DNA of 60,561 bases, counting the filler, from Ionaspis alba (Eukaryota): assembly GCA_964255285.1 (NCBI GenBank). It is 7 parts of 7 records of this genome, joined end to end, with 100 filler letters (N's around TTAATTAATTAA, not from the genome) between each part and the next. Parts side by side here need not be neighbours in the genome. Positions count along the whole stretch, not along the records: positions 8,689 to 17,269 come from CAXUUL010000730.1; positions 17,370 to 25,945 come from CAXUUL010000731.1; 5 more parts are not named here. One strand, given 5' to 3'. Shown here in pieces: positions 12,401 through 25,613 of the stretch (position 1 is the stretch's first letter; each line of letters begins with the position of its first letter). The notes below the pieces were generated by a model that saw only the letters and a program-made list of their open reading frames with translations, did no database searches and was not told the origin of the DNA. The translations under genes and the position numbers were made by a program.

Positions 12401-15400
12401 GCACAGCCGGAATTCAAGCCTCCGCCATCGACTGCTGATATCGTCGACCTGGACAGCGAGGATGTGAAGTCCGAACCCGAGCTCGAGACTGGATCTTTGC
12501 AGCCTGAAGTGTCAAAAGAGGACCTTCCTCCGCTCTCGGATGTTGCCAGAATTGCGGCCCTAAACCGGCCCTGGCGAAAGTTTCTCGAGGAGCGATGTGA
12601 TCGAAAGAGGCTGCTTATCTGGCTGATTGCACATGCCCCACAGGATGAACGTACCAAAGCCATTGATATGATGGCGGACCTACCATCCTCGGTTCTGCAG
12701 ATGAATGTATGGGAGGGCTTAAAAGCGCTGAAGGGGCATGCTCATCTACCTCGTAAGGTCATCGACCTGGCGGCCGAGGACTCTGCAGTCGTGATGCGTA
12801 TCGCTGGCTGGTATGTGTGTTGGTCTCAGTGCAAACTACCCTCGGAGAAGCATGGCTTTGTTCATCGACTAGTTGAGCCTACCATTTCTGACCAGGTCGG
12901 GTTTGAGGATTTCTATACATTCCTCAAGGAACAACTCGCAGGTTACAGGCGAGCATTGGTTGGAAAAACCATCAGTTCAATGCTATTCTCAAACAAGAAA
13001 ACACCTGTTGCAAAGCGTCAGAAAAGAATCGACGATTCGGAGGATTCCATGGATCCAGCTCACTCAACACTACATAAGAAAAGGAAGTATGCAGTTCAGG
13101 AATCACAAGAAGGTCTCCAGTTGAGAAAAAAAGCTCAGCAACGAGCTCGTGAGCGAGATCTGCGACGAAATCAGCTCCAAAAGCTGTACAAATTGACGGG
13201 GGAGGATCTCTCAAATATGACGATCATTAACGCTGGCAAGTCAAGCGAGCAAGAAATCATTCATATCAATCCACATATCAGCAGTCGCATCCAACCTCAT
13301 CAGGTCGACGGTGTACAATTTATGTGGAGTGAGCTGGTCACGGATCACGATACACTTCAGGGCTGTCTCCTCGCCCACACCATGGGACTCGGCAAAAGTA
13401 TGCAGGTGTAAGTTTGAGGTCTCAGACCCTGATATTGACCAAGCTGACTTATCAAGTATCACCCTCCTTGTCACGATCGCTGAGGCGTCGCAGCACCCAA
13501 GTGAGAACATACGAAAGCAAATCCCAGAAAGTCTTCGCGAATCTCGTTCTCTTATCTTATGTCCTCAATCGCTTGTCGACAATTGGTGCGATGAGCTTTA
13601 CAAATGGACGCCAACTCCAGATTCAGGTAAGGGAAGCATTGGGGAAATCCGGAAAGTTAATTCCAGCTTGAAGCTTGCAGAACGACTATACGAGATCAAT
13701 GAATGGAATGAAAAGGGAGGGGTTCTCGTAATTGGATATCACTCCTTCAAAGATCTGGTGATTAACAGGGCGCTTGGAAGAAAGGACGACAAGATTCGAA
13801 TGCTTTCTGAAGAGCAGCATGATCGTGTTCGAGGACATCTCCTTGACCGCCCAAATATCGTCGTCGCTGATGAAGCCCACATGATGAAAAAAGAATCAAC
13901 GGACATAGCCAAAGCGGCAGCCCAGATCAAGACCAAGAGTAGGATTGCGCTTACGGGATCTCCGCTCTCGAACAATCTAGAAGAGTATTACTCCATCATT
14001 GATTGGGTTGCTCCTAAGTATCTTGGAGATCGTGTCGAATTCAGGAGCAAGTATGTTGAGCCTATTCAGGAAGGACTGTATCAAGATGCGTCTGCTTGGG
14101 AAAAGAGGAAAGGTCTCAAGATGCTACAAGTGTTGAAGACAGAGCTCCTACCTAAGGTCCATCGAGCGGATTTGTCAGTTCTGCAACAGCAACTCAAAGG
14201 GAAAACCGAGTTCCTTATTCGAGTTCCACTGACACCACTTCAAGATGAAGCCTATAGACTCTACGTTGACTCAATGCTCAAGGTTACTAATTCAAGTTCA
14301 AATGGAGATCCTGGGCAGGCGAAGTTGTGGGCCTGGCTTGCCGTCTTACGACTTCTGTGCAACCACCCGAAGTGTTTCAAGGAAAAGCTTGAAGCGAATG
14401 AGGACGCTGGAAAGACGAGAGGAAAAGCTGTACCACGAACCAAGTCTCCGGAACAAGCGACCGATGACCCAGTGGCTCTTGAAGCAGAAAAGCTCATGGA
14501 GAAATCACTGTCCCATCTCGATATCTCCCAAAATATGATCGAGCAGCAATTGGAATTGTTCAGCAAATATGCATCAAACTCTGGCCCTGGAGAGCGTCTC
14601 CAATCTGCCTCACTCTCCAACAAGATCAAGGTTTTAATGCAGATCTTGGATTTTGCCGAAGAAGCTGGCGAGAAAGTGCTAGTTTTCTCGCATAGTCTTC
14701 CCACACTTGACTATGTAGAGGGTCTACTAAAGTCATCTCATCGTTCGTATAAACGACTCGATGGAGCTACGCATATGACCAAGAGGCAGCAGTTGACCAA
14801 AGACTTCAATTCTGGAACCCCAAGCATTTGTCTCATCTCGACGAGGGCTGGAGGACAAGGATTGAATCTGTTTGGCGCTAATCGAGTTGTCATCATAGAC
14901 GACAGCTTCAACCCCATGTTTGAGGAACAAGCGATTGGACGAGCATATCGAATTGGACAACAGAAGCATGTATATGTGTATCGACTAACTGTCGGCGGCA
15001 CATTCGAAGATGCATTACACAACCAATCTCTGTTGAAACTACAATTGGCCACTCGTGTAGTTGACAAGCGAAACCCTGAAAGGCACGCGCTGAAGGGTGT
15101 TCGGCAGTACTTGTATATGCCAAAGCCACTTGAACAAACTGACATCTCGCAATTTACTGGGAAAGACGATCTGGTGCTCGACCGTATTTTGGTCAGCCAG
15201 GAACAGTATGTTATCCTTCAAAGCTTGCTCTTCCAATCGCTGACCTTCACACCTTGGCATTAGGCACCCTGTCATCCGATCCATCGACCTCACTGAGACT
15301 TTCCATCAGGAAGTGGATGAAGAACTCACTGCAGAGGAGAAACAAGAAGTCGAGCAGGAGAACAGAGAGAATGAGCTCCGACGCACGGATCCTGCAGCCT

Positions 15401-16608
15401 ATGAGAACTTGCGCTACAAACGAATGATTAACAGTGTGAAGCCTATGGGTATTCCAGCTAGTCAATATACCCTCTCTAAGCCCTGTGATATCAGCTCGCT
15501 GGATGGTGCTGGGATAGCTCCTCCAAGCAGTACTCCGACCACCGGACTGCAGACCAAGGGTTTCCCTGAAGCTTTCAATAATTCAACCTTGGTCGATCGA
15601 CCAGCCCTGGCGAACACCGTCACCCAGAAGGTGGCCGAAGACAGTGCAGGTGCCAGTTCACCGGGTCTAAGGCCGGAGTTTGGCTCACAGCTTCGAATGG
15701 AAGCTCGCGATCACCCAAAAGCTTTGCAGCAGCAATCAATCTCTCTGGTAGACGACCCACGCGGCTTTGGGGTGCATTCAGCACAAAATAAAGAGCGGTC
15801 CTTCACAGCACTTGATTCAGCAAAAATTCCTGGGAATGCCAAACCTCGTACTGAACCCTCCACTCCAATTGTGCCATTCAAAACACAAGCACACGCATTT
15901 TCTCCAACAAAATCAGAGACAGTCAACGAGGAACTCCAAGGACTTACCCAAGAAGCAAGACAACTCACGACGCAAAAGCTTTACAAAGAGATCTACGACG
16001 AATCGCTCCTGATGAGCCAAAAACAAGAGATATCGATCAACCACCCTTCAACTGCCGGCTGGAAGGTAGCTAAAGTCCTCGAAGGAAGGGTGTACAGGAA
16101 AGCAGACAGTATTGAAGATTACGAGGCAATGGTACAAAACATGGTTGGGAGCATGATCCACGCACAGACTCTTAAACCTCGCCTCGAGCAGGCAGATCGG
16201 CAGGTTCGGCGTTCCCAGGGAGAAGAGATAAAAAGCCCAGTATCCCCAGAGCCAAGGACCGATAATTCTCGCCTATCGAAAGAAACAAAGAAGCTCGGTC
16301 CCATTCTCTCTGAAACACTCACGGACAACGGCTTCAGCTTGAGAAAAACCCGCCGCTCGACTCCTTCTAGTGCTGACCATACTCCTGCTCGCCCTACCTC
16401 GCAAACTTCTAATCAGTCTACCCCTACCGCAAACGTTCGTAGGTCCACACGGCCAGAGTCGAAGACATCCCATCACTTGAACATGTCGGCTAAGGAGAAG
16501 GACACAGAGCGGGTAGGTGGTCGACAATCTTCTACAGTCCATTTGCCAATCCGCTTGGGATATGAGTCACTCGATGGGCTTCTGAAGCGCGAAGCTAATC
16601 GGTCGTGA
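9461..16608 (+). CDS. SNF2-family ATPase, ATRX/Rad54-like (probable SAD-6-type), with N-terminal SAM domain; 3 exons, ~2346 aa
   Basis: Exons 9461-13407, 13457-15205 and 15264-16608 join in frame. Motifs GCLLAHTMGLGKS, VVADEAH, LTGSPLSNNLEEY, KVLVFSHS, ISTRAGGQGLNL and QAIGRAYRIGQ. The N-terminal WSVEDVIDSL...LRDNDITGAMLL...DFGVKSAGKR fits the SAM pattern. Confidence 0.9.
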
Positions 16609-17169
16609 ATGCAGTCTGATACTGCGAAGTCGAGTCCGAGTAAGGAGAGCTGTATTGTGATCTGAGGAACGAGATGGAGGAGATCGTCGTTGTGAGAGAT
16701 GATTGATGAAATGCAAAATGGAAGAGAGCGTGGTAGAAAGGGTGGAAATGCTTTCGTCCATTCTTATTCAGACATTGTGTCGCGCAGGGTATTTGACTCT
16801 GTTGTCTAATTTTGACAACACATATCCTTTCGGTACAGACTTGTACATGAGAGCGTTTACATTTTGCTTTGGCGACTACGTGCTTGCTTTGGAATTATTT
16901 CGAAGATACCCCCTTGAGCATTGGAGCCTTTTTGGCAGAACAGCATGCTTTTCTGAATGTATTCTAAAGGACCTAGATCACTATCACTTTTGAGAGCAAG
17001 AGGACACAACACACCTCTGAGGGAAATAGATTCGATTGATCAAATCCATTATGCATCAGCTGATATGTGGCAGAAATTGTTTCATCATTTGACTCGCATG
17101 TTTCAATCCTAGATATTCCACCAAAATGAGCGACTCGTCATTCCATACATGAATCATCCAACAACCAAT

Positions 17170-17269
17170 TCAAGCAGCAGCAGCAGCGGCAGCAGCCCTC
17201 TGCACACTCTCCCTCTCCCCTTCCAACACAGCTTCAACCGCTCCCTCCACGCCCCCCATCTCAATTCCC
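17170..17269 (-). CDS. Probable 3' end of a truncated gene ending in poly-Ala
   Basis: Open frame from the contig edge: GIEMGGVEGAVEAVLEGERESVQRAAAAAAAA-stop. This explains the (GCA)n tract at 17173-17196. Confidence 0.35.
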
Positions 17270-17369
17270 NNNNNNNNNNNNNNNNNNNNNNNNNNNNNNN
17301 NNNNNNNNNNNNNTTAATTAATTAANNNNNNNNNNNNNNNNNNNNNNNNNNNNNNNNNNNNNNNNNNNN
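17270..17369. other. Artificial contig spacer 2
   Basis: N44-TTAATTAATTAA-N44. Confidence 0.98.
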
Positions 17370-17405
17370 TCCATACCGTTTAGGTTCAAGGCCGGTGGTG
17401 GAGGT

Positions 17406-19945
17406 ATGGCGCCAGCTACTGCGAGTCATCATCATCATCGAAGCACCACAAAAGCACCGAACAAGTCCTTCAAGTCAAGACATGCTTCTAAAGGCTTACT
17501 GAAGGATTTGTCGAAAGGTATGCGGCGATTTGAAAGCACTTCGAGTACTCCTCATACTAAAGGTGGGCAGGCAAGGTTGAAAACGGAACCAAAACAAGAC
17601 ACAAATCCCTCCACCAGCAAGTAATGACCAAAATTGCCAGACGACATCAGGCGCGCCAGAGACAACAACTCAAGCATCAAGAACACAGCAAAGCGACGAG
17701 CATATTCTCGGGGCAGCATGGCGCACCGAGAATAGTGGCTATTGTGCCGTTGACTGCAGAGGGAGACACAAAAGCTGTGGTTCAAAAGCTTAACGAAGGA
17801 ATTGATCTGGATATTGAGACTCCTAATGAAGGGCACCATATCGTACGGATTGACAGGTTCAAGCAGACGTTTCAGTACATCCATGTCCAACGTAATCTGC
17901 TGAATGCTCTCGATGCGTGCAAGGTGGCAGACTTTGTTATATTCATTCTTTCTCCCAACGAGGAAGTGGATCAACGTGGCGAGCTATTACTTCGAGCAAT
18001 TGAAAGTCAAGGAGTGTCAAATGTGCTTACGGTGGTCCAAGGTTTGGGAACCGTTGAACCACCGAATCGAAGGACTCGGATTCTTACATCACTTAAGTCC
18101 TACATTTCACATTTCTTCCCCAATCTGGAGAAGATCCACTCTTTGGACTCGCACCAGGAATGTGCCAATGTCATTCGATCTCTGTGCACTACCACTCCGA
18201 AGGGTGTGAGGTGGAGAGAAGATCGAAGTTGGATGCATGTCGAAGATGTACAATGGCCGAACAATTCAGAGGCTCGTACTCCTGGTGATGTTGTTCTGAC
18301 CGGTATTGTTAGAGGAAGACCTTTCAAAGCTAATAGACTAGTGCAAGTCGGAGACTGGGGGGCTTTTCAAATCGATAGCATTACACAGGCACCCAAGCTC
18401 AATTCAAAGAAGCGAAAAGCGGATGAAATGGCTGTTGACGAGTTGGACGAATCTGAAGTTCTAGACAAACCTGATGAGGATCAAGACGGGCTCGCTGATC
18501 TTGCTCCTGAGGATACCAACATGGATGCCGAAGATGAAGTGGCTGTATCTGAAGCGCCAACTGAAAAGCGAGGAGTTCTTCTTGATGACCATCATTATTT
18601 CTCGGACGATGAAACCCATTTGCCAGAACAGCCAAAACGTCTGCCAAAAGGGACATCCTCATATCAAGCTGCATGGTTCTTAGGGGACATGTCCGAGTCA
18701 GGATCTGATTTGGATGATGAAGTTGACGCGGATGGTGATTTAGCTATGGAATCGCCTGCACTTCCTCAAGACGGCATCGAAGGTTTAGATCAAGCGACTT
18801 TGAGAGATCCCACCGAAATAGGAGCTTCCGAGTATCCGCAATCCGAAATGTTCCTTGACCCTTCTCCGAATGAGGAAGTGGAGGAATTAGAAGCATATCG
18901 ATCACGACGTAAGAATGAAGCTGAAGAAGATCTCGAGTTCCCAGATGAGATCGAGCTACATCCGAATGTCCTTGCTCGAGAACGATTGGCGAGATATAGA
19001 GGTCTCAAAAGCTTACGGACAAGCAAATGGGAGACAGACGAGGATCGAGCACATGAGCCGGAAGACTGGAGAAGGCTTCTCCAAATATCCGACTACAAGG
19101 GTGCCAGAAGTCAGGCAACTCGCGAGACCCTCGTGGGTGGTGTACCGCCCGGCACACGTGTTCATGTCCACCTCCGCAACGTCCCCCTCTCCCTTCAAAG
19201 AAATCGCACCCCCAATGTTCCTCTGACACTCTTCTCACTCCTGCGCCACGAGCAAAAGCGCACAGTCATGAACTTCAGCATCACTCTCTCCTCCGACTAT
19301 CCCAACCCCATAAAATCTAAAGAGGAACTAATCATGCAATGCGGTCCCCGCCGCATGGTCATCAATCCTCTTTTCTCACAAGCGGCAAACACTCCCAATA
19401 ACGTCCACAAGTTCGACCGCTATCTCCATCCCGGCCGAACAGCAATGGCTACCTTCATCGCGCCCCTGACATGGGGTTCTGTTCCGACACTCTTCTTCAA
19501 GCGCACAACTCGAGCCTCAGAGCATGGCGAACCTCCATCATCGCCGCTCACCCTCATCGCAACCGGCACATCTCAGCCGCCGGACCACTCCCGCGTCATT
19601 GCCAAGCGCGTCATCCTCACCGGTCATCCATTCAAGATCCACAAGAAGCTCGTTACCATACGATATATGTTCTTCAATAAGGAGGACGTCAACTGGTTCA
19701 AGGCGTTGCAGCTGTGGACGAAGAGGGGGAGGAGTGGGTTCATCAAGGAAAGTCTGGGAACACATGGATATTTCAAGGCGACTTTTGATGCGAAGATCAA
19801 TCCCCAAGACTCGGTTGGTGTCAGTCTTTATAAGAGGGTGTTTCCGAAGAGTGCGAGGTTTCTGGGACCGGAGGAGATGGATAACATGCGGGAGAAGCGG
19901 GAAACTGGAGACGAGGAGATGGTTGCGGAGGCTGTGGTGGGTTAG
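17406..19945 (+). CDS. TSR1: Pre-40S ribosome biogenesis factor Tsr1 (Bms1-type G domain), 2 exons
   Basis: HHHRSTTK..KSFKSRHASKG start; intron 17518-17570; WREDRSW; FPDEIELHPNVLARERLARYRGLKSLRTS; IKESLGTHGYFKATFD. Confidence 0.96.
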
Positions 19946-20578
19946 CTCGCGCTACTTCAAAGGTATTGCCTTGCGGAAAGACGACTGCTCCAAAACATAT
20001 AGTATTTATTGGAGGTATAGCACTACCGAAGTTGGCTTTGCCGCCAAAGACCAGACATCAGAGTATGTCATCTTCCTCACCGTGGACCACAGCTTTTTCT
20101 TGTGACCTTCGCCCGTCCTGCGCTGATTCTTGAAAAAACCCAACCAGTTCTCCTTCCGTCCAAACACAGTAAAGCCCCATGGGCGTGTTTGACCCGTAGC
20201 CAGACCAGCCTAGGCACACTTGAAACTGGTCATTAGAGAGCGCGCTGAGCAGCTTTCCTAGATTGTATTCCTTCAGGACAAGGACCATCGAGCGCTTCTT
20301 CGCAATGCACTACCAGCGTCTGAGGCATGTACACCGTCTGAACCCAGGAGCACAGCTTATCCTCAGGACGAAGGAAGACTAGTGCTCGCAAGCGACTCTG
20401 AAATTGCTGTCCAGAGGCGGAAGGAGAGCACATCCCGTCCAAGTTCAGTCTGCTATCGTCATCCGCGGTATATTCGGAAGCACATGCAATGAGCAGTTGT
20501 ATGGGCTGACCAATTCTGGCCAATAGTCAACTTGCAATAGACCGATCTTGAATCTTGTCTCATTGCCGATCAGACTCC

Positions 20579-22216
20579 TCAACCAGAATCTTGATATTCC
20601 GGGTCGATTTCATCCCCCAAGTCGTTCTCTTCAAGAAAGATCTTGCCCTCTAATTTCTCCGGAAGATACGTCTGCACTACCTTGCCGTCTTTGAATTGCG
20701 GGTTGTACTTGTACTCTTTGCCAAATCCCATCTCCTTCATCAATCTCGTAGGCGCATTGCGCAGATGTATGGGTATAGGTAACCCTGCAATGCCAGGCTC
20801 CTTCAAGGCAGCACTCGCATTTGCTAGTCCACGGTAACTTCGCGTGCTTTTCTTCGAAAGTGCAAGTGCCACTGTTGCGTGAGCGAGATTGATGCGTGCT
20901 TCGGGCATGCCGATCTTCTCGGCTGCTGTGTATGCAGCGATCGCTAGGGGAAGCATAGAATTATCTGCTATGCCAACATCTTCGGAGGCGACGACGACAA
21001 GGCGGCGGGCAATATATAAAGCATCTTCGCCAGACTGGATCATTCGCGCTAGGTAGTAAAGAGCAGCGTCAGGATCCGAGCCACGAATGGATTTGTGGAA
21101 TGCCGAGATGGTGTCGTAGTGCTGATCACCGGCTCGATCATATACTAGTGTCTTGGTCAATGCTGATTTAAGAATTTCGGTGGTCATGGAGCGTCTTTTG
21201 GAAAGATCCATAGCAAGCTCAAGAAGGTTCAGAGCTGTTCGCGCATCTCCGTCGGCAAAAGACGCTAGATAGGCTATCAGTTCCGAATTCACAAGGGATG
21301 AAGGCTGGTAGTTCGGTCCCTCCACCTCAAGGGCATGTTCCAGAATCGTAGCTATCTCATGGTCCGTAAGCTTTGACAATGTGAAGGTCCTGCACCTGGA
21401 CAGTAGTGCATTCTGAACCTTGAACGACGGATTTTCCGTCGTTGCTCCGATCAGAGTCACTTGTCCACTCTCAACAGGACCTAAAAAGACATCCTGCTGC
21501 GCTTTGGAAAACCTGTGGATCTCATCACAGAATAAGATAGTCTTCCTCCCAGTTAAGCTCAATTCACTCTTTGCTTCCGCAAAAATCTTCTTGCATTCCC
21601 CGACACCAGACGAGGTAGAGTTGATCTCTACGAACCTGCTCCCGACCATATTTGCAATGACCCTTGCGATTGTAGTCTTGCCTGTGCCCGCTCCACCCCA
21701 GAGTATCATCGACGGCACCCTGTCCGCTTCAATGAGTCCTCGTAATACTCCATGTGGCCCGACAAGCTCTTGTCCGTAGATCTCGTCCAAAGTTTGAGGT
21801 CGCATCCGTTCGGCCAATGGTGCAGCTTTTTGTAGGGCAGAACTCGTCTTCGACCGCTTCGATGGAGGTGGCTCGTTGCCAGATTCCCTGATCGTCTCGA
21901 TACTCTCCGATTCGGGAGCAGTACCTTCTGCAGGTCGCTTGAGACCCGTACCGTTACCCTCCCTTGTACCATTACTGTTTTTGGTATTTGCAGAGCTAGA
22001 CAGGGTGCCATTGCTCAAATTGGTGGCTACTGACGTTTTCTTCGATGCTGGGGTTCGGTTGAAGAAGCTTGAGACTGGTGTGGCCTTGACATCGTTGCTA
22101 TTCTGCTGAGAGGTTGGAGGAGAATGACTCTCAAGGAATGCCGAGCAGTTTGAATCAATGTGACGATTGATATTCGATTCTTTGACTGCCTTGCCGCAGA
22201 TGGGGCAGTCGACCAT
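20579..22216 (-). CDS. MGS1: DNA-dependent AAA+ ATPase Mgs1/WRNIP1
   Basis: N-terminal UBZ zinc finger CPIC...HIDSNC; APLAERMRP; Walker A GGAGTGKT; DEIHRF; GATTENPSF; ISAFHKSIRGSDPDAALYYLARM. Confidence 0.96.
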   Translation of the reverse strand: MVDCPICGKAVKESNINRHIDSNCSAFLESHSPPTSQQNSNDVKATPVSSFFNRTPASKKTSVATNLSNGTLSSSANTKNSNGTREGNGTGLKRPAEGTAPESESIETIRESGNEPPPSKRSKTSSALQKAAPLAERMRPQTLDEIYGQELVGPHGVLRGLIEADRVPSMILWGGAGTGKTTIARVIANMVGSRFVEINSTSSGVGECKKIFAEAKSELSLTGRKTILFCDEIHRFSKAQQDVFLGPVESGQVTLIGATTENPSFKVQNALLSRCRTFTLSKLTDHEIATILEHALEVEGPNYQPSSLVNSELIAYLASFADGDARTALNLLELAMDLSKRRSMTTEILKSALTKTLVYDRAGDQHYDTISAFHKSIRGSDPDAALYYLARMIQSGEDALYIARRLVVVASEDVGIADNSMLPLAIAAYTAAEKIGMPEARINLAHATVALALSKKSTRSYRGLANASAALKEPGIAGLPIPIHLRNAPTRLMKEMGFGKEYKYNPQFKDGKVVQTYLPEKLEGKIFLEENDLGDEIDPEYQDSG

Positions 22217-22492
22217 AGTGATGTAGAGGAGCTTCTTGTTGTCCCATGAGCCCTTGGATCTGTAAATATGCTTTGTTTGTCTAGTGTAGCTCCATCGCGC
22301 CTGGCGTCTCGAGGGCCGCCATGAGGAAATTCAACTTATCCAAGAACGCCGACAACATGCGATGGGAGTGGGAAGACGCGACGCGATTGAGGAATTTTTG
22401 GCGAACTATGGCGTCATATCTCACGTCTCACCAAACAGACGCATATGGAGATGACTCTCCGATAATCGCTCGTTTGTGTTTTCACTCTCCAA

Positions 22493-24330
22493 ATGATTAT
22501 ATCAGGGTCGAGACAGTTTCTGCCGATCCTTGAACTCCTTAGGGGATCTGTAGCAGTGCAGCAATTTCCATTGACCCTTCCTACAGCCTCCAGGTCATCA
22601 CGGCAATACATCTCCTCAACCGCGATGAGGAGCGACCCCTTCCGGCCTGCACAACGAGTTGCGGGCCAGAAGCAGGATGTCTGGTGGGCCTTGCTATCTC
22701 CATACACGCCATGCAGTTCTGAACACTTACCAGGACCATTGTCAACGAGGCGGCGACTGCTTCTCCTGTGCAGCCGATCATAAATATGGGTCAGGGATTC
22801 TTGTGAGTATGCTGGCCCAATGGATAGGAGGTAATTTCATATGCCAATAGCTATTAGTGGCTATAACCCGCCAAAGTTTGTCACGGACGCTGCGAAGGAT
22901 GCTCTGAACAAAGTCGAGTGCAATCAATATTCACCGACCAAGGTACAATCCCATTGCCCCTTTTTGGCATGAGAAGAGCAGGACTGAGTAAGGGTTTAGG
23001 GTCGTCCAAGGCTGAAGAAGGCAATTGCGGATGCCTATACTCCGTTCTTCGGAAGAACGATCAATCCCGAGACGGAAGTCACCATCACGACAGGCGCCAA
23101 TGAAGGAATGCTCAGTGCCTTTATGGGCTTTGTTGAGCCTGGGGATGAAGTCATTGTGTTCGAGCCATTCTTCGATCAGTCAATGCCCGCCGGTTCTGTG
23201 TGCTGCTACTCTGTCTGATGCCTGAGCGGCAGATATATAAGCAATATCGAAATGGCTGGAGGAACCGTCAAATACGTGCCGCTGCAACCCCCGAAGCATG
23301 GTGCGACCAAGACCTCGTCAGCTGCAGATTGGACGATCGACTTCGCAGAATTGGAAAAGGCAGTCAATTCAAAAACCCGCATGATTGTGAGCACAAATTG
23401 GAGAGGTTCCCTCCGCATGCTGATTCGGTATTCATAGGTCCTAAACTCGCCGTAAGCCCCTGAGATATCTGATTTCTTAGCAGCGCTTAAAGGAACGAGC
23501 CCTGACAATATACTAGACACAACCCAGTTGGGAAGGTCTTCTCGAAGCAAGAACTCCAGACGATTGGAGATTTATGCGTGAAACACAACATCATTATTCT
23601 CTCGGATGAGGTAGGCTCATCACGTCTGAATGCTTACGACCCTTAATGATATATATTAGGTATACGACCGGCTATACTACGTCCCGTTCACTCGGATAGC
23701 CACTATGTCTCCAGAGATAGCAAGATTGACTCTTACTGTGGGCTCTGGAGGCAAGAACTTCTATGCTACCGGATGGCGTGTTGGGTGGCTCATTGGTCCG
23801 GAACACCTCATCAAATATGTCTCAGCTGCACACACCCGCATATGCTACAGCAGTGTCAGTCCGTTGCAAGAAGCTGTCGCTGTCGGTTTCGAGCAAGCAG
23901 ATAGGAAAGGATTTTGGGAGGAGAGCAAGAAGGAGATGAAGGGAAAGATGGATAGATTCAACGAAGTGTTTGAAGAGCTCGGTTTGCCTGTAAGTAAAAT
24001 TGTATCTCCTTATGTCGTTTGCGTGGCTCACTCGGATTTTAGTATTCTGACCCAGAAGGAGGCTATTTTGTGCTTGTCAATATGAGCAAAGTACAACTAC
24101 CGAGCGACTACAAATTTCCGCCACATGTAGCCGATAGACCACGGGATTTCAAGCTGAGTTGGTTTCTCATCATGGAGCTTGGTGTTGCGGCTATTCCACC
24201 AACTGAGTTCTACACGGAGGCGAATGCTCACATGGCCGAGAATTATCTGCGGTTTGCTGTTTGCAAGGATGATGAAGTCTTGGAGAAAGCGAAAGATAGG
24301 TTGCGAGGGCTGAAAAAATACATGAGCTGA
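22493..24330 (+). CDS. BNA3: Kynurenine aminotransferase (class I/II PLP enzyme), many short exons
   Basis: FRPAQRVAGQKQDVW; MGQGFF; EVTITTGANEGMLSAFMGFVEPGDEVIVFEPFFDQ; HNPVGK; ILSDEVYD; PLP-lysine motif GSGGKNFYATGWRVGW; YLRFAVCK. Confidence 0.93.
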
Positions 24331-25429
24331 CGAACTTAAAAAGGAACGCTGTGGTGTAGGGCTTTTAGAGCACTTCACTTGATTTGCTATCATAGATGAT
24401 ATTCTATCAAATCGCCTTCCATAACTGGACCATTTGGTATGACATGCTTAGACTCTCCTGGGCCGAGCATCCATTTCAATATTGCGCAAATCATTTGCCG
24501 AGACTCTTGCAGAATGTGTATTGTACTGGTCAACACATGAACGAGATGTCATGAGGCAAGAGGTCTCTGTGTCTGCGACTAGCCATACACTACTTCATTC
24601 CTACCGATCCCTCTCAGGCAGGTGTATACAGTTAGTCGCTTCTATTTGATGCTGCGACGGACAATGTTCCTCGAAACATCTCTCACAGTCGACGACAAAG
24701 ATTGCTCCCTGTGAATGTTATCATGGCACTAGTTCTGTTCATGGTCCAAGCCTAAGTTGACGTGCCATTCCAATTCTCATGATACGAGCATTACGGAATG
24801 AACGAGACATGCCTTACACATGCGCCAGATACACGTCATGAGCGAGCTTTATGAGCCCACTCAAGATACTCGCTGACCAACTTCTTCTCTTCTGAAACAT
24901 CACAGCTACGTCCTGATGGCCCGGTCCTGGAACTGATAGTCGAGTCTAAAGACTAGATACGAAGTTAGTTGTTTTAGACAAACAGATCTTCGGAAGCCTC
25001 ATGTAATGGTCCACGCACGTTGGCCTACGATATGTTATTCTAAGTCAGTGAGATTGCCTTTGCAGCATCCTATCGTGTTCAGAAAACTTAAATCCTCAAC
25101 TTAGTGTCGTATGCGGCTTCCTTGTGCCATTCTCTGATTGCCTGGCCGGTGTTGGTTCTCTGTGAACTTGTTCCCGAACCTTTCGCTCTGCAGTCGTTTG
25201 ATCTATGGCTCCACTAGTATCACTCGAACGGGCCTGTAGGTATTAGAGAAAAATTACTATGTTTGTACTCTTCTTATAAATGATACAAATAATGATACAC
25301 ATCAAAGGGACATACAGGAGATCGGCCCAGGATGCTGCCTGGGGCTCTTGGTATTCTCACGTGCTCTCAGTGTGCCTTGGGATCGGACTTCTTAGTTGCC
25401 AATCCTTTGTGCCAAGATACGGATTATTC

Positions 25430-25577
25430 AAAAAAAAAAAAAAAAAAAAAAAAAAAATGCAACACAAAAAACCACCTGTAAATTTATTATAAAAATATTT
25501 TTTTCGCGGTTGGAGTACNNNNNNNNNNGGGCGTTAAAACCGCCATTTTTTTTTGCCAAACTTTTTAATAAAAAATT

Positions 25578-25613
<36 letters not shown>
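25430..25613. repeat. Poly(A) tract (~28-29 nt) assembled twice around a 10-N gap with error-rich flanks
   Basis: A28 at 25430-25457 and A29 at 25585-25613. The sequence between them consists of degraded copies of the true flanks. Confidence 0.8.

Noticed and set aside
13311..13456. Apparent frameshift between the 1316-aa and 650-aa SNF2 ORFs
   Set aside because: Explained by a canonical 49-nt GTAAGT..CTGAC..AAG intron at 13408-13456.
446..22216. Apparent meiosis/DNA-repair cluster (MEK1, SAD-6-like, MGS1)
   Set aside because: They sit on three different contigs; the adjacency comes from size sorting.
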